A stretch of DNA of 64,000 nt, taken from positions 2,144,001 to 2,208,000 of the forward strand of contig CBDCMT010000001.1 in the NCBI GenBank assembly GCA_965219095.1, read 5' to 3'. The notes under the pieces are model-generated. The model did not search any database. It was not told where the DNA came from and saw only the letters and a program-made list of their open reading frames with translations. The stretch comes from Bdellovibrionales bacterium (GTDB lineage: Bacteria > Bdellovibrionota > Bdellovibrionia > Bdellovibrionales > UBA1609). Both the position numbers and the translations under genes were made by a program. This document shows positions 42,987-53,792 of the stretch, in pieces; position 1 is the stretch's first letter; each line of letters starts with the position of its first letter.

Positions 42987-44124
42987 TAGTGCTTCCGCTT
43001 AGGTTTTCAGTTTCCTAAGATAGAGAAGTTATCAGTTATCAAAGTTTCTAATTTAGATCTGTGTTTTCGTATTCCTCTAAAAAATTGACTTAAACTTCCC
43101 TTGAAATCGTCATAGTTTTCATAATATCGATTCGCCGTGACCTCTTTTTTCATAAACTTCCAAAGCCTTTCTATAGGATTTAAATTCGGTGAGTACGGAG
43201 GAAGATAAACAAGTTTTATATTCAACTCTTTCGCTAACTTCTTGACAGACTTCGATCTATTGTATCCGGCCCCATCTAAGATAAGATGAATCTCTTTTTC
43301 ATCGGAATACTTCTTAATGAATATGATAGAGCATATCACATATGGAAACATGGTTAACTGTCTTATAACTCCTGACTACCTTCTTCAAACTATTGATCTC
43401 AATAGCTCCACAAACATTCACTCTTTTTCTCCAGCCTGAATTGGTCTTCACTTCAAACTTCTTACCCTCTCTTATCCAACCATATGAAATCGTAGGGCCC
43501 CACTTAGGATGTGTGGAATCAGCAAAGTAAACAGGACCGTCTTTCTTCTTAATTCTCTTGTATTTACGCACAAACTTTTCCTGCTCTTCTTTCTTTACCT
43601 TACCCGGTATTGCTGTGGCTTTTTTATAAGAAAAACCAAGGCGATGGAGAAGATCAATTACACCACTTGTTGAGTACGTAACACCAAAATTCTCCTCAAT
43701 GAACTGAATAACGGTCTGTGATGATGGAAAAATTCTTTTCTCTAATTCCTTTAAAAGCATTTTCTCCTCTTTCGTTAGTTAAAAAGGACCTTTTAGGGTT
43801 GTAATTGTCGTTGATTAAGCACTCTATCCCGCCTTTGTTATAACGATCTCTACAGGCTCTTATCGTGCCCTCATCAAGGAAAAGAAAACGGGAAATATCT
43901 TTACACAACTCACCTTTATCTAAATGGAGAATTGTCATAATCCTTTTTCCGTACCTAAGATTTCTTTCTAAAGATAGTTCATAGAGTAAATCTTTTCGCT
44001 CTTTTTTTGATAGAAACCCTGACATATGAAACTATTTTTAAAAATAAATGACTTTTTATCAAGGCCTTAGAATAAAAACTAGACCTCAACTCAAAAAAAA
44101 CGGAAAACCTAAGCGGAAGCACTA
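42987..44124 (-). mobile_element. IS630-B full-length copy, transposase with two frameshifts
   Basis: TIRs TAGTGCTTCCGCTTAGG / CCTAAGCGGAAGCACTA; ORF pieces 43696-44025, 43314-43760, 43007-43351. Confidence 0.9.
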
Positions 44125-45213
44125 TATACCTTCTCTGAAGAGTTTCGTACTCTTTTTGAGTCAGAACTCTTGACTCTTTTTTATGAACTAACTCCACAGT
44201 CTCTTTAAGAAGTTTTTTGAGATTTGTAGCCCATTTGAATCCATTGCTTTCTTCTATAAATTTAAGCTCTCTCAAAAGGTGAGCCACACACAAAGCATGA
44301 GTTATCTTATCATAACAAAAGTAAGGACTCCAACAATCATGCACAAGCACTCCTCCATATCTATCCAAGAGACCAATATCTTTTATGGCTTCCCTTCCAC
44401 CTGAAAGGTGGAGAAACTGCAAGACTAATTCTCCTGAACTATAAGTATGAATCCAGTAGTTTTTACCCTTAACCCTCATAGAGGTCTCATCAACATGAAT
44501 GACCTCTGATTCAAGTATCTTTTCTTTCATCTGCTCTTCCCAACTTTTAAGAAACTCTCCTAATTCAGCAATGTATCTCAACATAACTGCAGGAGAAATC
44601 ATTCGACCTATAAGCCCCATGTAATGTTCCCCAACACGTTGAAAAGACAGCATCTGAACTATAATGAAATTGATGATGGAAGCTCTAATGCCTATACCAT
44701 ACTGAAGAGGACCACTCATACCTTTAGGGAATTGACCTTTATTTCTAGCTCCACATGAGGGACAATCCTTAACCTCAGAAGTTACAGTATGGGTCTGAAT
44801 TTCATAAAAAATATGGCTCCTCCCGGGAACCCACAGATTCTTTTGAGGAGGCAAAAATATCAATCTTTTTACGCTTCTCAAGGCTTTTTACCTCTGCTGT
44901 CTTTAAAAACATCCCACACTGAGAACACTCTGAGGGAGAGACAGTCTCCTCACTGTTTGTATCTTTACTGTTATCAAGTCTAGAGCCCTTTTTTTGACTC
45001 CCACTAGCTTTCTTATTACGATTTCCTTGACGACTAAAATCTTGCGAAGGAGGAAGACCGCTGTTGCTGGAATTTTTTCGAACCTGTTTTTCTAAAAACA
45101 CAACAATCAGAATGTTCACAACCTTAAAGAGAGATTCAACAATCACAGAAATCTCAGTAGGCACAGAACCTTTCTTTGCAAACTTATCAAAGTCACTTCT
45201 TATATTTTCAATT
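44125..45213 (-). mobile_element. IS66-B truncated copy
   Basis: Near-identical to about 29134-30175; interrupted by a 38-bp insert. Confidence 0.9.
44815..44852. mobile_element. 38-bp ISL3-like mini-element/scar with 8-bp target duplication
   Basis: GGCTCCTCCCGGGAACCCACAGATTCTTTTGAGGAGGC between two AAAAATAT; absent from the IS66-B copy at about 29490. Confidence 0.85.
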
Positions 45214-47094
45214 CTTTTGCCTCTAGTTTTTAGTTGAAGGAGTTATACACAGGTTTTAGGTTGTTTCTGTGGCCCCGGCCCATTTTACAAGTTTGCAAAA
45301 GTTGTTTAGCCTTTTTAAAGAATGTTTGTAAAAGTAACATCAAAGTCTAAGGGTAAAAAAAGTGTACGGATTGTAGAGTCTGTTTGGCTTAAGGGGAAGT
45401 GTGTACAAAAGACCATTCGTTCTATGGGTATTTTTGCAAACGATAAGGAAGTTAAAAAAGCTAAGAAGTTAGCAGAAGAGTTGATCATAGACATTAAGAA
45501 TCAAAGAAATCCTGTGCTTCCAGGTTGTGAGAAGCTAGTTTATGGTAGAAGGCCTAAGGAGAAGAAGAAAGAGAAGAAAAAAAAGAGTGAGAAAGATTTC
45601 CAGTTTTCAGGCAGTATTTTAGAGGAGAAAAAGCGTGTTGTTTGTGGTATTGAGAAAGTTTTTAATGAGCTTTATGCTGAGTTAGGTTTTGTAAATTTGA
45701 TTGAGGGTACAAAGAAAGATTTAGAGTGGAATGATATTTTAAAGCACTGTGTTTTATCAAGAGTTTTTAATCCAGAATCAAAAAGAGGTAGTGTAGAAAC
45801 ACTTTTTGAAGATTTTAACCGACAGATTCCTTTAGAGAAAGTTTATAGGGCTATGGATCGTTTTTATCCTTTTATTGAGACCTCGAAGAAAAAGGTATCT
45901 GAGAACACCTTATCTTTGTTTAACAATGAGGTGGATGTTTTGCTTTATGATGTGACGACCTTGTATTTTGAGAGCTTCTCAGAGGATGAGATCGCAGGTT
46001 TGGTTTTAGTAAAGATTGTAAATTTAAAGAGACACAGGTTGTTTTGGCACTTATGACAAACTCACAAGGGCATCCTATAAGCTATGAACTTTTTCCGGGC
46101 AATACAAGTGAGGGGGCTACACTGGTAGAATCTATAAATAAGCTAAAGACTCGTTTTAATGTAAGAAGAGCTGTTTTAGTAGCTGATAGAGCTATGTTTG
46201 TAAGAAAGAATTTAGAGACTATGGATAAGATGGGGATAGAGTATGTTGTGGCTGCAAAGTTAAAATCCCTTTCTAGCAAGAAAAAAGAAGAGGTTTTAAG
46301 TTATAAAAACTATAAGCCCACCCAAGTGGCTTGTGATACGTCTCATCTTTTTTGGGTGAAAGAGCTAGAGCATGAAGGAAAAAGATTGATAGTCAGTTAT
46401 TCAAACAAAAGAGCCAAAAGAGATCAAAATCAAAGAGAGCGTTTGATCAATCGTTTGATGAAGAAAGTAAGAAACAAGGAGATTCCTGTGAGTCAGTTGA
46501 TCTCCAATCATGGAACCAAACGTTTTATTAAAGTTGACGATGTGAAAGTGACCATAGATGAGGAGAAAATGGAAAAAGAAGCTTTGTGGGACGGTCTTCA
46601 TGGAATTATAACAAATGTTCAAAACAAGACAGCCAGTGAGCTTTTAAGTCGTTACAGAAGTCTGTGGAGAATAGAAGAGGCTTTTAGAGTGAATAAGACG
46701 ACGTTAAAAATGAGGCCTGTTTATCATTGGAAAAAAAGAAGAATAGAAACTCACATTGCCATTTGTTTTTTAGCCTATGCGATCTCTTACACAATGGTTT
46801 ATAAACTCAAACAAGCAGGACTTAATTTAAGCTTTGAAAGAATGAGAAAGATCTTAAAAAGAGATCAGTACAGTATTTTAGAAGAAAAAAAGACGAAAAA
46901 ACTTTATCGCCTTCCCTCAGGTTGTACAAAGGAAGTAGAAGAAATTTATAGTGCTTTTTCGCTTAAAAGAAACTCTTCTATGAGCCTCATTCCCACAACA
47001 TCTGTCGACCTTTAAAAAACCCTTTCCTGTGGCCCCAAAAATTGTAACTATTTGAAATTATTCACTTGTTGCAGTGTGTTGTGTCGAAGTCAGG
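45214..47094 (+). mobile_element. IS1634-family element, third type; transposase frameshifted (45322-46056 + 46044-47015), left end lost
   Basis: YDVTTLYFES, ADRAM, WRIEEAFR, MRPVYHW; right end GTGTCGAAGTCAGG. Confidence 0.88.
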
Positions 47095-47179
47095 AGAATA
47101 TTCGTGACCGTATGCAAAAAAAATTTTTTATATTTTTTGTAAATGGAGAAGTGTTTTTTCTTGACATACTTTTTGATAG

Positions 47180-47501
47180 ACATTTTTATGTTCAAATTTA
47201 AAATTTTAAAATTGACTTAAGGAAAAGCTTCAGTTAGGAGATTTTAAAAAAACTTCTTTTGAGGGGAGGTTTAAGTTTTCATAGACGTTTCTTGAATCGA
47301 TTTTCCTTCTTGCATATGATGCAAAGCCAATAGTTTTATCTTGATGTTGGCACTTCTTTCTACTTTGTAAGTAGCCAGAAAATCATACCCTTGAAGCTTT
47401 GTAACTAAATCTTTAAACACTCTAAAAATTTAACAGAGTTTGATTAAAAAGCCAGGGCGCTATGTGTTAAAAGAATGTCGAATTAATTTTTGGAAATGGT
47501 A
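47180..47501 (-). mobile_element. Internally deleted IS630-A derivative (MITE-like)
   Basis: IS630-A ends fused at CATAGACGTTTCTTG; same junction in 56487-56757. Confidence 0.82.
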
Positions 47502-48409
47502 TAAGAAAGATGATCGACTTAAAATTAATAAAATTGCGAACAATTTTAAGCTTAAAATAGAAATAAATAATAAAATAAACAATATTTTTGAATCTTTAGC
47601 ACAAACAATTTTCAAATCTTGGTTTGTTGATTTCGACCCCGTCTATGCCAAAAAGCTGGCATTCGACTCTGGTTTGTCAAAAAAACAAGCTGAACGTGTA
47701 GCTATAGCTATTATCTCTGGGATTTGTAACCCTAAAAAGTTTGTTGAAGATTTCAAGAAAATGGATCATCTTTTATCTCAAAAGCTATCAAAAATGAACA
47801 AGAAAAAACAAAAAGAACTAGCTTATATGGCTTCTTTATTTCCAGGTGAGTTTGAAGATAGTGATTTAGGAGAGATTCCCAAAGGGTTTAATGTTTGCAG
47901 GATAGATCAAATACTCGAATTAGCCTATGGGAAATCTTTAAAAAAATCAAATCGTGTAGAAGGATCTTATCCTGTTTATAATTCAGAAGGACGCAGTGGT
48001 GTTCATAATGTTTATTCTGTTAAGGGGCCTGGAATTATTTTGGGAAGAAAAGGAACTACTGATAGCCTGTATTGGGAGGATAATAATTTCTTTCCTGTAG
48101 ATACTACTTTTTTTATAAAACTTAGAAAATCATATAAACTTACTTTTATTTTTTATCTTATGCAAACTTTAGGGCTAGAAAAGATGAATACAAATGCCTT
48201 AACTTTAAATTTTAATAGAAACAATGTCTACAAACTTAAGTTTGTAGAGTTTCCTAGAGAAATAAGAATTGTATTATGAAAACTTAGTTGCTTCCATAAG
48301 AAATTTTATGTTTAATAATTTAAAAGAGGTTGAGGAAATAGAGAAGTTAAGAGACACACTTCTTCCGAGATTACTGGAAGGTAAGATAGGTTTATCAGAC
48401 ATACAGTGA
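47502..48409 (+). pseudogene. hsdS: Type I restriction-modification specificity subunit fragment
   Basis: LAQTIFKSWFVDFDPV, FEDSDLGEIPKG, GRKGT; frameshifted C-terminus LRDTLLPRLLEG; 5' end replaced by IS630-A. Confidence 0.85.
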
Positions 48410-48640
48410 TTAGTGATTGTAAGTTAAAAATTTATACGATTGACCAATAGAGAAAAGGATAAGCTTTAAGAGACAACACTCAATCGTTTTAATAAATTGT
48501 TATTCTAGAAGGCGTTAGAAAAGGGGGCTTTAGAAATTAACAGAACAGACATAAATGCCTATGATACATAGCAACGAATGAAGCTTCTTTGCAATTCTAT
48601 AGTAGACTAAAAGCAGTGTAAGTAAAAAGGAGGACAGATT

Positions 48641-49270
48641 ATGGTAAAGCAACATCTAGAAAAAATAAAACAAATAACTAAACATCAGTTTTTAGGACAA
48701 AGGCATTTAGATAAATTCTTAAAAACAAGACTTCAAAAATTCGATAAGACGCTACATAAAGTAGCTTTGCCCTTTTTAGAAAATCTTGCGGATTTTCTTC
48801 TATCTCTTAAAGATAGAGAAGACCAACCTATATTTGTTATAGTGAAAAAACTTAAAAACTTTCAAGGGGAACTTCCTAAATACGAAACACAAGGATCTAG
48901 CGGTCTTGATGTAAGAGCACAACTTGTAGAAGACATTTATCTTGAACCCCATGACAGAGTTTTGATTCCCACATGCCTTTGTGTAGAAATCCCTAAAAAT
49001 TACGAATTACAAATCCGCCCTCGTAGTGGCTTGTCTTTTAAAGAAGGTTTAGGTGTGATCAACAGTCCTGGCACAATTGATTCTGACTATAGAGGGGAGA
49101 TTAAAATCATTCTTATGAACTATTCAAATCATAAGATAACCATCACAAACCAACAAAGAATAGCTCAGTTTGTTTTATGTCCTGTGAAAAAGTTAGAATG
49201 GATTGAAGCTTATCATTTAAAAACCACTCAAAGAGGGGGTGGAGGATTTGGTAGTACAGGGAAGAATTAA
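48641..49270 (+). CDS. dut: dUTP diphosphatase with N-terminal extension
   Basis: SSGLD, IRPRSGL, NSPGTIDSDYRGE, RIAQ, RGGGGFGSTG. Confidence 0.95.
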   Translation: MVKQHLEKIKQITKHQFLGQRHLDKFLKTRLQKFDKTLHKVALPFLENLADFLLSLKDREDQPIFVIVKKLKNFQGELPKYETQGSSGLDVRAQLVEDIYLEPHDRVLIPTCLCVEIPKNYELQIRPRSGLSFKEGLGVINSPGTIDSDYRGEIKIILMNYSNHKITITNQQRIAQFVLCPVKKLEWIEAYHLKTTQRGGGGFGSTGKN

Positions 49271-50153
49271 TCTTTTTATCTTTTTGGCGTTTTTTTATTT
49301 TCCTTTGACAGGCACTTCAGAAAAAAGACTTTCTTCTACGAGAATTCAATGGGCTTTAGTAAGTGTAGAAAAAGCTACTGTTTACAAATATGCTAATTTT
49401 GATTCCCCTGTGATTCATCATTTTAAATATAGCGAAAAAATTCTTATTACAATGAAACTTTATAAAGGAGTGGGAGGGTTTGGTACATTTTATAAAACAA
49501 AGCTTAAAAATAAAAAAATAGGTTATATTACTGATATTGAAGTCATCCCACAATACATCAGAGTAGGAGATCATTTAAGACCTAATAAAGAATTTCAAGA
49601 GTTTGGACTCAGAGAGAGGACAAAACATTTGGAGGATATTTACTTAAGTCGATATTTAGGTGTCTCTAGTAGCTGGGTGGGTTTAACAGAAAAATGGGGA
49701 AAAAAGTCATTTACAAAGTTTGTTTCTTTCTTTGGTTTTAGATTAACAGGGCCTAAATTTATTTCAGAACAATTCCCTTGGGATTTAGAAGTTTTGATCA
49801 ATCCTTTTTTGCCAAGCTACTATAAAGATATTCCCTTGAAAGACATTCAAACTGTAATAGATCATTCGGGGTTTCACCTTCAATCTTCACTGGTTTTTAA
49901 TATACCTCTTTCTCAAACCATTTTTCGCCTCATATATGCCGGCTTAGGACCTTGTTTTTTCTTTAGAAACATAGGGCTTGAAACCTCTAAAAACAAATCT
50001 TATCATCTTAAACATCTTCGTCTAGGTATGGTTCTACAGTTTGGTCTAGCCTACCGCCTTTCTGAAAATTACCTTATACGTGTGGAGGGACGCTATTATA
50101 TGGAAAAAGTCAGTTATGTTGCAACTAATTTGTCTTTTCAGAAACTTTTTTAA
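49239..50153 (+). CDS. Hypothetical exported protein (SH3-like domain + outer-membrane beta-barrel-like C-terminus)
   Basis: VYKYANFDSPVI..GYITD, alternating beta pattern, terminal Phe; exact start uncertain. Confidence 0.6.
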   Translation: MEDLVVQGRINLFIFLAFFYFPLTGTSEKRLSSTRIQWALVSVEKATVYKYANFDSPVIHHFKYSEKILITMKLYKGVGGFGTFYKTKLKNKKIGYITDIEVIPQYIRVGDHLRPNKEFQEFGLRERTKHLEDIYLSRYLGVSSSWVGLTEKWGKKSFTKFVSFFGFRLTGPKFISEQFPWDLEVLINPFLPSYYKDIPLKDIQTVIDHSGFHLQSSLVFNIPLSQTIFRLIYAGLGPCFFFRNIGLETSKNKSYHLKHLRLGMVLQFGLAYRLSENYLIRVEGRYYMEKVSYVATNLSFQKLF

Positions 50154-52212
50154 GAGGCTTTTTTTCTAAAACTAAACCTTCTCTTTCTAAAAGAGCCCTT
50201 ATATCAGGCTCTCTTTTTCTAAATCTTTTATAAAGAGTTAAAGGATCTTCTGTATTGCCTCGGCTTAAAATAGAATCTCTAAACCTTTCAGCCACTTCCT
50301 TGTTGAAAATCCCCTCTTCTTGAAATATTTTATAAGCATCTGCATCTAAAACTTCAGCCCATTTATAGCCGTAGTATCCTGAATCATAGCCCCCAGAAAA
50401 TATATGAGCGAAATGGCAGGAAGAAGAAGATTTTTTCAAAGGAGCTAATAACTGAGCTTTTTTTGTTGCTTTAGCTTCAAAATCTTCTAAAAGTGAAATA
50501 TCAGGTAAATCAGAAAGGTTATGCCAAGCCATATCTAGGAACCCGAAAGAAAGTTGCCTTAAACAACGTATACCGGATTGAAACTGTAATTGACCTTTAA
50601 TTTTTGCAAACAAATCATCAGGCAAGGGTTTTGCTGTTTCATAATGTTCTGAGATAAGCTGTAAGCTTTCTTTTTCGTAAATCCAGTTTTCCATAATTTG
50701 AGAAGGAAGTTCTACAAAATCTATAAAAACAGCAGTGCCTGAAAGAGAACTCATTTTGCAATCAGACAAAATATCATGGAGGGCATGACCAAACTCATGA
50801 AAAAGGGTTCGCACATCATTTTGTGTAAGAAGACTAGGTTTACTCTTACTAGGTTTTGGAAAATTACAGCAAATCAGGGCATGACAAAAACTTCTCGTTC
50901 CTAAAAAATCACTTCCTTGTGGCTTAAAGCGAGTCTTCCAAGCTCCTTGTGATTTTGTATCTCTTGAAAATAAATCCAAATAAAGAAGCCCTCTATAATC
51001 ACCTTTACGATAAACTTCATAAACTTTCACAGTTTCTTCGTAGACAGGATAGTTTTTCGTTTTTTTGAATTCTAAATCATAAAGTCTCTTAGCATGTTCA
51101 AAAAGACCCTCTAAGCTCTTCTCTAAGGGGAAGTACTCTCTTAGTTTTTGAGTGTCTATATCAAATTTCTTTTTCATCAGTTTGTCTGAATAATAGTTTA
51201 AATCCCAATACTGAAAATCTTCAATGCCATCTTCTTTTAAAGCTAAGTCCTTTACCTCTTTGAGTTCTTTTAAAGCTTTAGGACGGTAGGCTTTTAGTAG
51301 ATTCTCCAAAAATGAGATCACTTTATGAGGAGATTTTGCCATACTTTTTTTGAGCTTATACTCAGAGTAATTTGAAAAACCTAAAAGCTTAGCTTTTTTT
51401 AATCTCAAATCAATGATTTTGAGTACAATTTCAGAATTGTCAAATTCATCCTTATAATTTCGACAGGATATAAGTTTAAAAAACTTTTTTCTTAGATCTC
51501 TTCTTTTGCAATAATATAGAAAAGGCACATAGCTTGCTCTTAAAGAAGTAAAAGCCCAACCTTCTTTTTTTTCCTTTTCTGCTAATTTTTTAGCTTCTAA
51601 AACACAGTCTTCAGGCAAGCCTTCTAGGGCTTTTTTATCAGTTAAATAAAAACGAAAACTTTCCTGAAACTTAATTAAGTTTTGAGAAAACTGGTTGCCT
51701 AAAAGTTCTATTTCCTCGTCTGTATCCATAAGTTTTTTACGATTTTCTTCTGAAAGCAGAGTTCCCTCGAGAACTAATCTCTCATAGAGTAAATCTAAGT
51801 AGCGAAGCTCTTCATGGTTTAAGGAGTTCCTTTCCATCTCATTTTTATAAACAGTTTCTATTTTTCTAAAAAACTGGGGATTCTTGTTCATCGCAGAGAA
51901 GGTTTTTTCCAAAAGAGGGCTGAAGGTTAGCATGGTTTCAGAAAGATCAGAAGAGTGAACAGCTGAGTGCAATTGATAGGAAACACTAACAATTGTATCA
52001 AAAGAATGGAAGATCTGATTGTAAGGTTTAATGGTGTTTTCATAATTAGGCTGTTTTTCGTGTTCTATAATTTTTGCAAATTTTACTTGAGCCTCCTTGC
52101 ACAACTGCTCAAGGGCAGGCATAAAGTGTTCTGCTTTAATCTTATCAAAACGCACAGCACCTTTTTTCAGGTTTGAGGGTATGAGTAAGGGATTTTCTTC
52201 TAAACTAGACAT
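50125..52212 (-). CDS. M3A-family oligopeptidase (Dcp/PrlC-like), paralog B
   Basis: FHEFGHALH, DFVELPSQIMENW, HFAHIFSGGY, YYGYKWAEVLDAD. Confidence 0.94.
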   Translation of the reverse strand: MSSLEENPLLIPSNLKKGAVRFDKIKAEHFMPALEQLCKEAQVKFAKIIEHEKQPNYENTIKPYNQIFHSFDTIVSVSYQLHSAVHSSDLSETMLTFSPLLEKTFSAMNKNPQFFRKIETVYKNEMERNSLNHEELRYLDLLYERLVLEGTLLSEENRKKLMDTDEEIELLGNQFSQNLIKFQESFRFYLTDKKALEGLPEDCVLEAKKLAEKEKKEGWAFTSLRASYVPFLYYCKRRDLRKKFFKLISCRNYKDEFDNSEIVLKIIDLRLKKAKLLGFSNYSEYKLKKSMAKSPHKVISFLENLLKAYRPKALKELKEVKDLALKEDGIEDFQYWDLNYYSDKLMKKKFDIDTQKLREYFPLEKSLEGLFEHAKRLYDLEFKKTKNYPVYEETVKVYEVYRKGDYRGLLYLDLFSRDTKSQGAWKTRFKPQGSDFLGTRSFCHALICCNFPKPSKSKPSLLTQNDVRTLFHEFGHALHDILSDCKMSSLSGTAVFIDFVELPSQIMENWIYEKESLQLISEHYETAKPLPDDLFAKIKGQLQFQSGIRCLRQLSFGFLDMAWHNLSDLPDISLLEDFEAKATKKAQLLAPLKKSSSSCHFAHIFSGGYDSGYYGYKWAEVLDADAYKIFQEEGIFNKEVAERFRDSILSRGNTEDPLTLYKRFRKREPDIRALLEREGLVLEKKPLKKVSEKTN

Positions 52213-52288
52213 AGGTATTGTGCGTAAGTCTAAAAAAGGACTGCCTATAAGTCAATAAAAAAAAATCTATACAATATAAAAAATCCTT

Positions 52289-53176
52289 GTGTATGATCTT
52301 TGTGTGTCATTTTTATGTGTAAGCCTATTCCTAGTTCTTTTATTTCTTACCTTCCTGGTACTCTGGCTACCTTTCTATTTATCTCTTATGCTCTTTTCCG
52401 AAAACCTCCTGTGGGCTGTGCCTTTAGCTTTTGTTATGTCTCCTTTTTTCTTACTGGCCTTTTATGGGGTTTTAAATTATCTTATTAAAAAACCTTCTCC
52501 AGGAGAATATGATAATTTCAATTCTCTTCTTATGCTTCAATGGGGTTTGAAAAGAAATCTTTACGGAGTTTATGCTTTATTCTTCCAAAAACTTTTTTTT
52601 ATTTCAGATCCTATCCGTTTTCTTATTTTACGCACCTTTCAAGCTAAAATCCACCCTAGTTCATGGATTACATCCAGTGTAAAAATTTTTGAGCCTTATT
52701 TTGTCTCTATTGGAAAAGAAAGCCTTATTGGAGAAGATGCTATTCTTGCCACAACCCTATTTCCTAAAACAAAAACTCTTATGACTTATCCTATAACCAT
52801 TGGGGATTATGTTCTCATAGGAGGTTTTGCTGGCTTAGGGCCTGGGGTTCATATTGAAAATCACTGCTTCATACAACAAAGAGCCCAAATCTATGCAGGA
52901 GTTCATGTTAAAAAAAACTCCCTCATTGGTTATCAAGCTATAATTGGAAAAAATACTAAAGTGGGAGAAAACGTAAAAATAGGAAAATTTTGTTTTATCG
53001 GAAATGAGTTAAACATACCAGATCATACAAAGATACCTGAAAATGCTGTCATAAAAACACAAAAAGACTTAAATCAATTTCTAAAAAAAAAGCATGAGAC
53101 TACATCAGATATTCAAAAAGGCGTAACTACCAACTCTCATTACTCTAGCCCACAGCTTAAAGATCAGTTATTCTGA
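52289..53176 (+). CDS. Membrane-anchored hexapeptide-repeat (LbH) acyltransferase-like protein
   Basis: Two N-terminal TM segments then [IV]G repeats (VSIGKESLIG, ITIGDYVLIG, VGENVKIGKFCFIG). Confidence 0.8.
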   Translation: MYDLCVSFLCVSLFLVLLFLTFLVLWLPFYLSLMLFSENLLWAVPLAFVMSPFFLLAFYGVLNYLIKKPSPGEYDNFNSLLMLQWGLKRNLYGVYALFFQKLFFISDPIRFLILRTFQAKIHPSSWITSSVKIFEPYFVSIGKESLIGEDAILATTLFPKTKTLMTYPITIGDYVLIGGFAGLGPGVHIENHCFIQQRAQIYAGVHVKKNSLIGYQAIIGKNTKVGENVKIGKFCFIGNELNIPDHTKIPENAVIKTQKDLNQFLKKKHETTSDIQKGVTTNSHYSSPQLKDQLF

Positions 53177-53250
53177 TGAAGGTCTTGCTCTTATGGGTTT
53201 TCCCGACTTCAGCGTTTTCTTTCCAAGAATCTAATAATTTCAAGTAGTTA

Positions 53251-53555
53251 TACCAATTACAGAAATTAATTCGACATTTTTATGTTCAAATTTAAAATTT
53301 TAAAATTGACTTAAGGAAAAGCTTCAGTTAGGAGATTTTAAAAAAACTTCTTTTGAGGGGGAGGTTGAGTTTTCATAAGATATGTTTATTTCATGTATAT
53401 CTATTGTTGTGTGAATCGATTGATGGGTTAAAATAAGTGTAAAAAAGTGAGGTTAAAATTTAAAATGAAAAAAATCAGTTAGGAACTATTATAAAATACT
53501 ATCCCACAAAAGTATCTAATTTATTTTTTGACAGTTCCTTACACAATTTAATTTA
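53251..53555 (-). mobile_element. IS630-A right-end fragment carrying a 57-bp insert
   Basis: Homologous to 28431-28675. Confidence 0.82.
53482..53538. mobile_element. 57-bp mini-element with TTA duplication (IS5/ISL2-like)
   Basis: TTA|GGAACTATTATAAAATA...TATTTTTTGACAGTTCC|TTA; empty site CAGTTACACAA at about 28656. Confidence 0.75.
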
Positions 53556-53792
53556 ATTTACAGTGCCACAGGCTCCTCTGATTTACAGGCTCAAAGTTCA
53601 TGATTTTCTTAGGGATTAAAAAAACTTTCCCCGAATGACATCTAAAAAAATCATAAAAACACTTTTTTACGTTCGACTATTTAGAAGAGTTTAAAAGGTA
53701 AGCCATTGAATTGGAAGGAAAAATAGGTAAAAAGAAAGCCTCAGAGAAGCTAGGAGATAAGAAAACTCCAAGTGATAGGTTCTCTCTTTTGT

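Noticed and set aside
43979..44881. 300-aa novel fusion protein
   Set aside because: Chimeric read-through of the 38-bp scar, an IS66-B fragment and the IS630-B end
37764..47504. IS630-A composite transposon
   Set aside because: The outer flanks are TTA and TAA, which is not a direct duplication
47440..48279. Intact 279-aa HsdS
   Set aside because: The first ~20 codons come from the IS630-A end and the C-terminus is in another frame
40837..52212. Diversity-generating retroelement explanation for the M3 paralog differences
   Set aside because: Mismatches are not adenine-specific, include indels, span about 2 kb, and no reverse transcriptase is present
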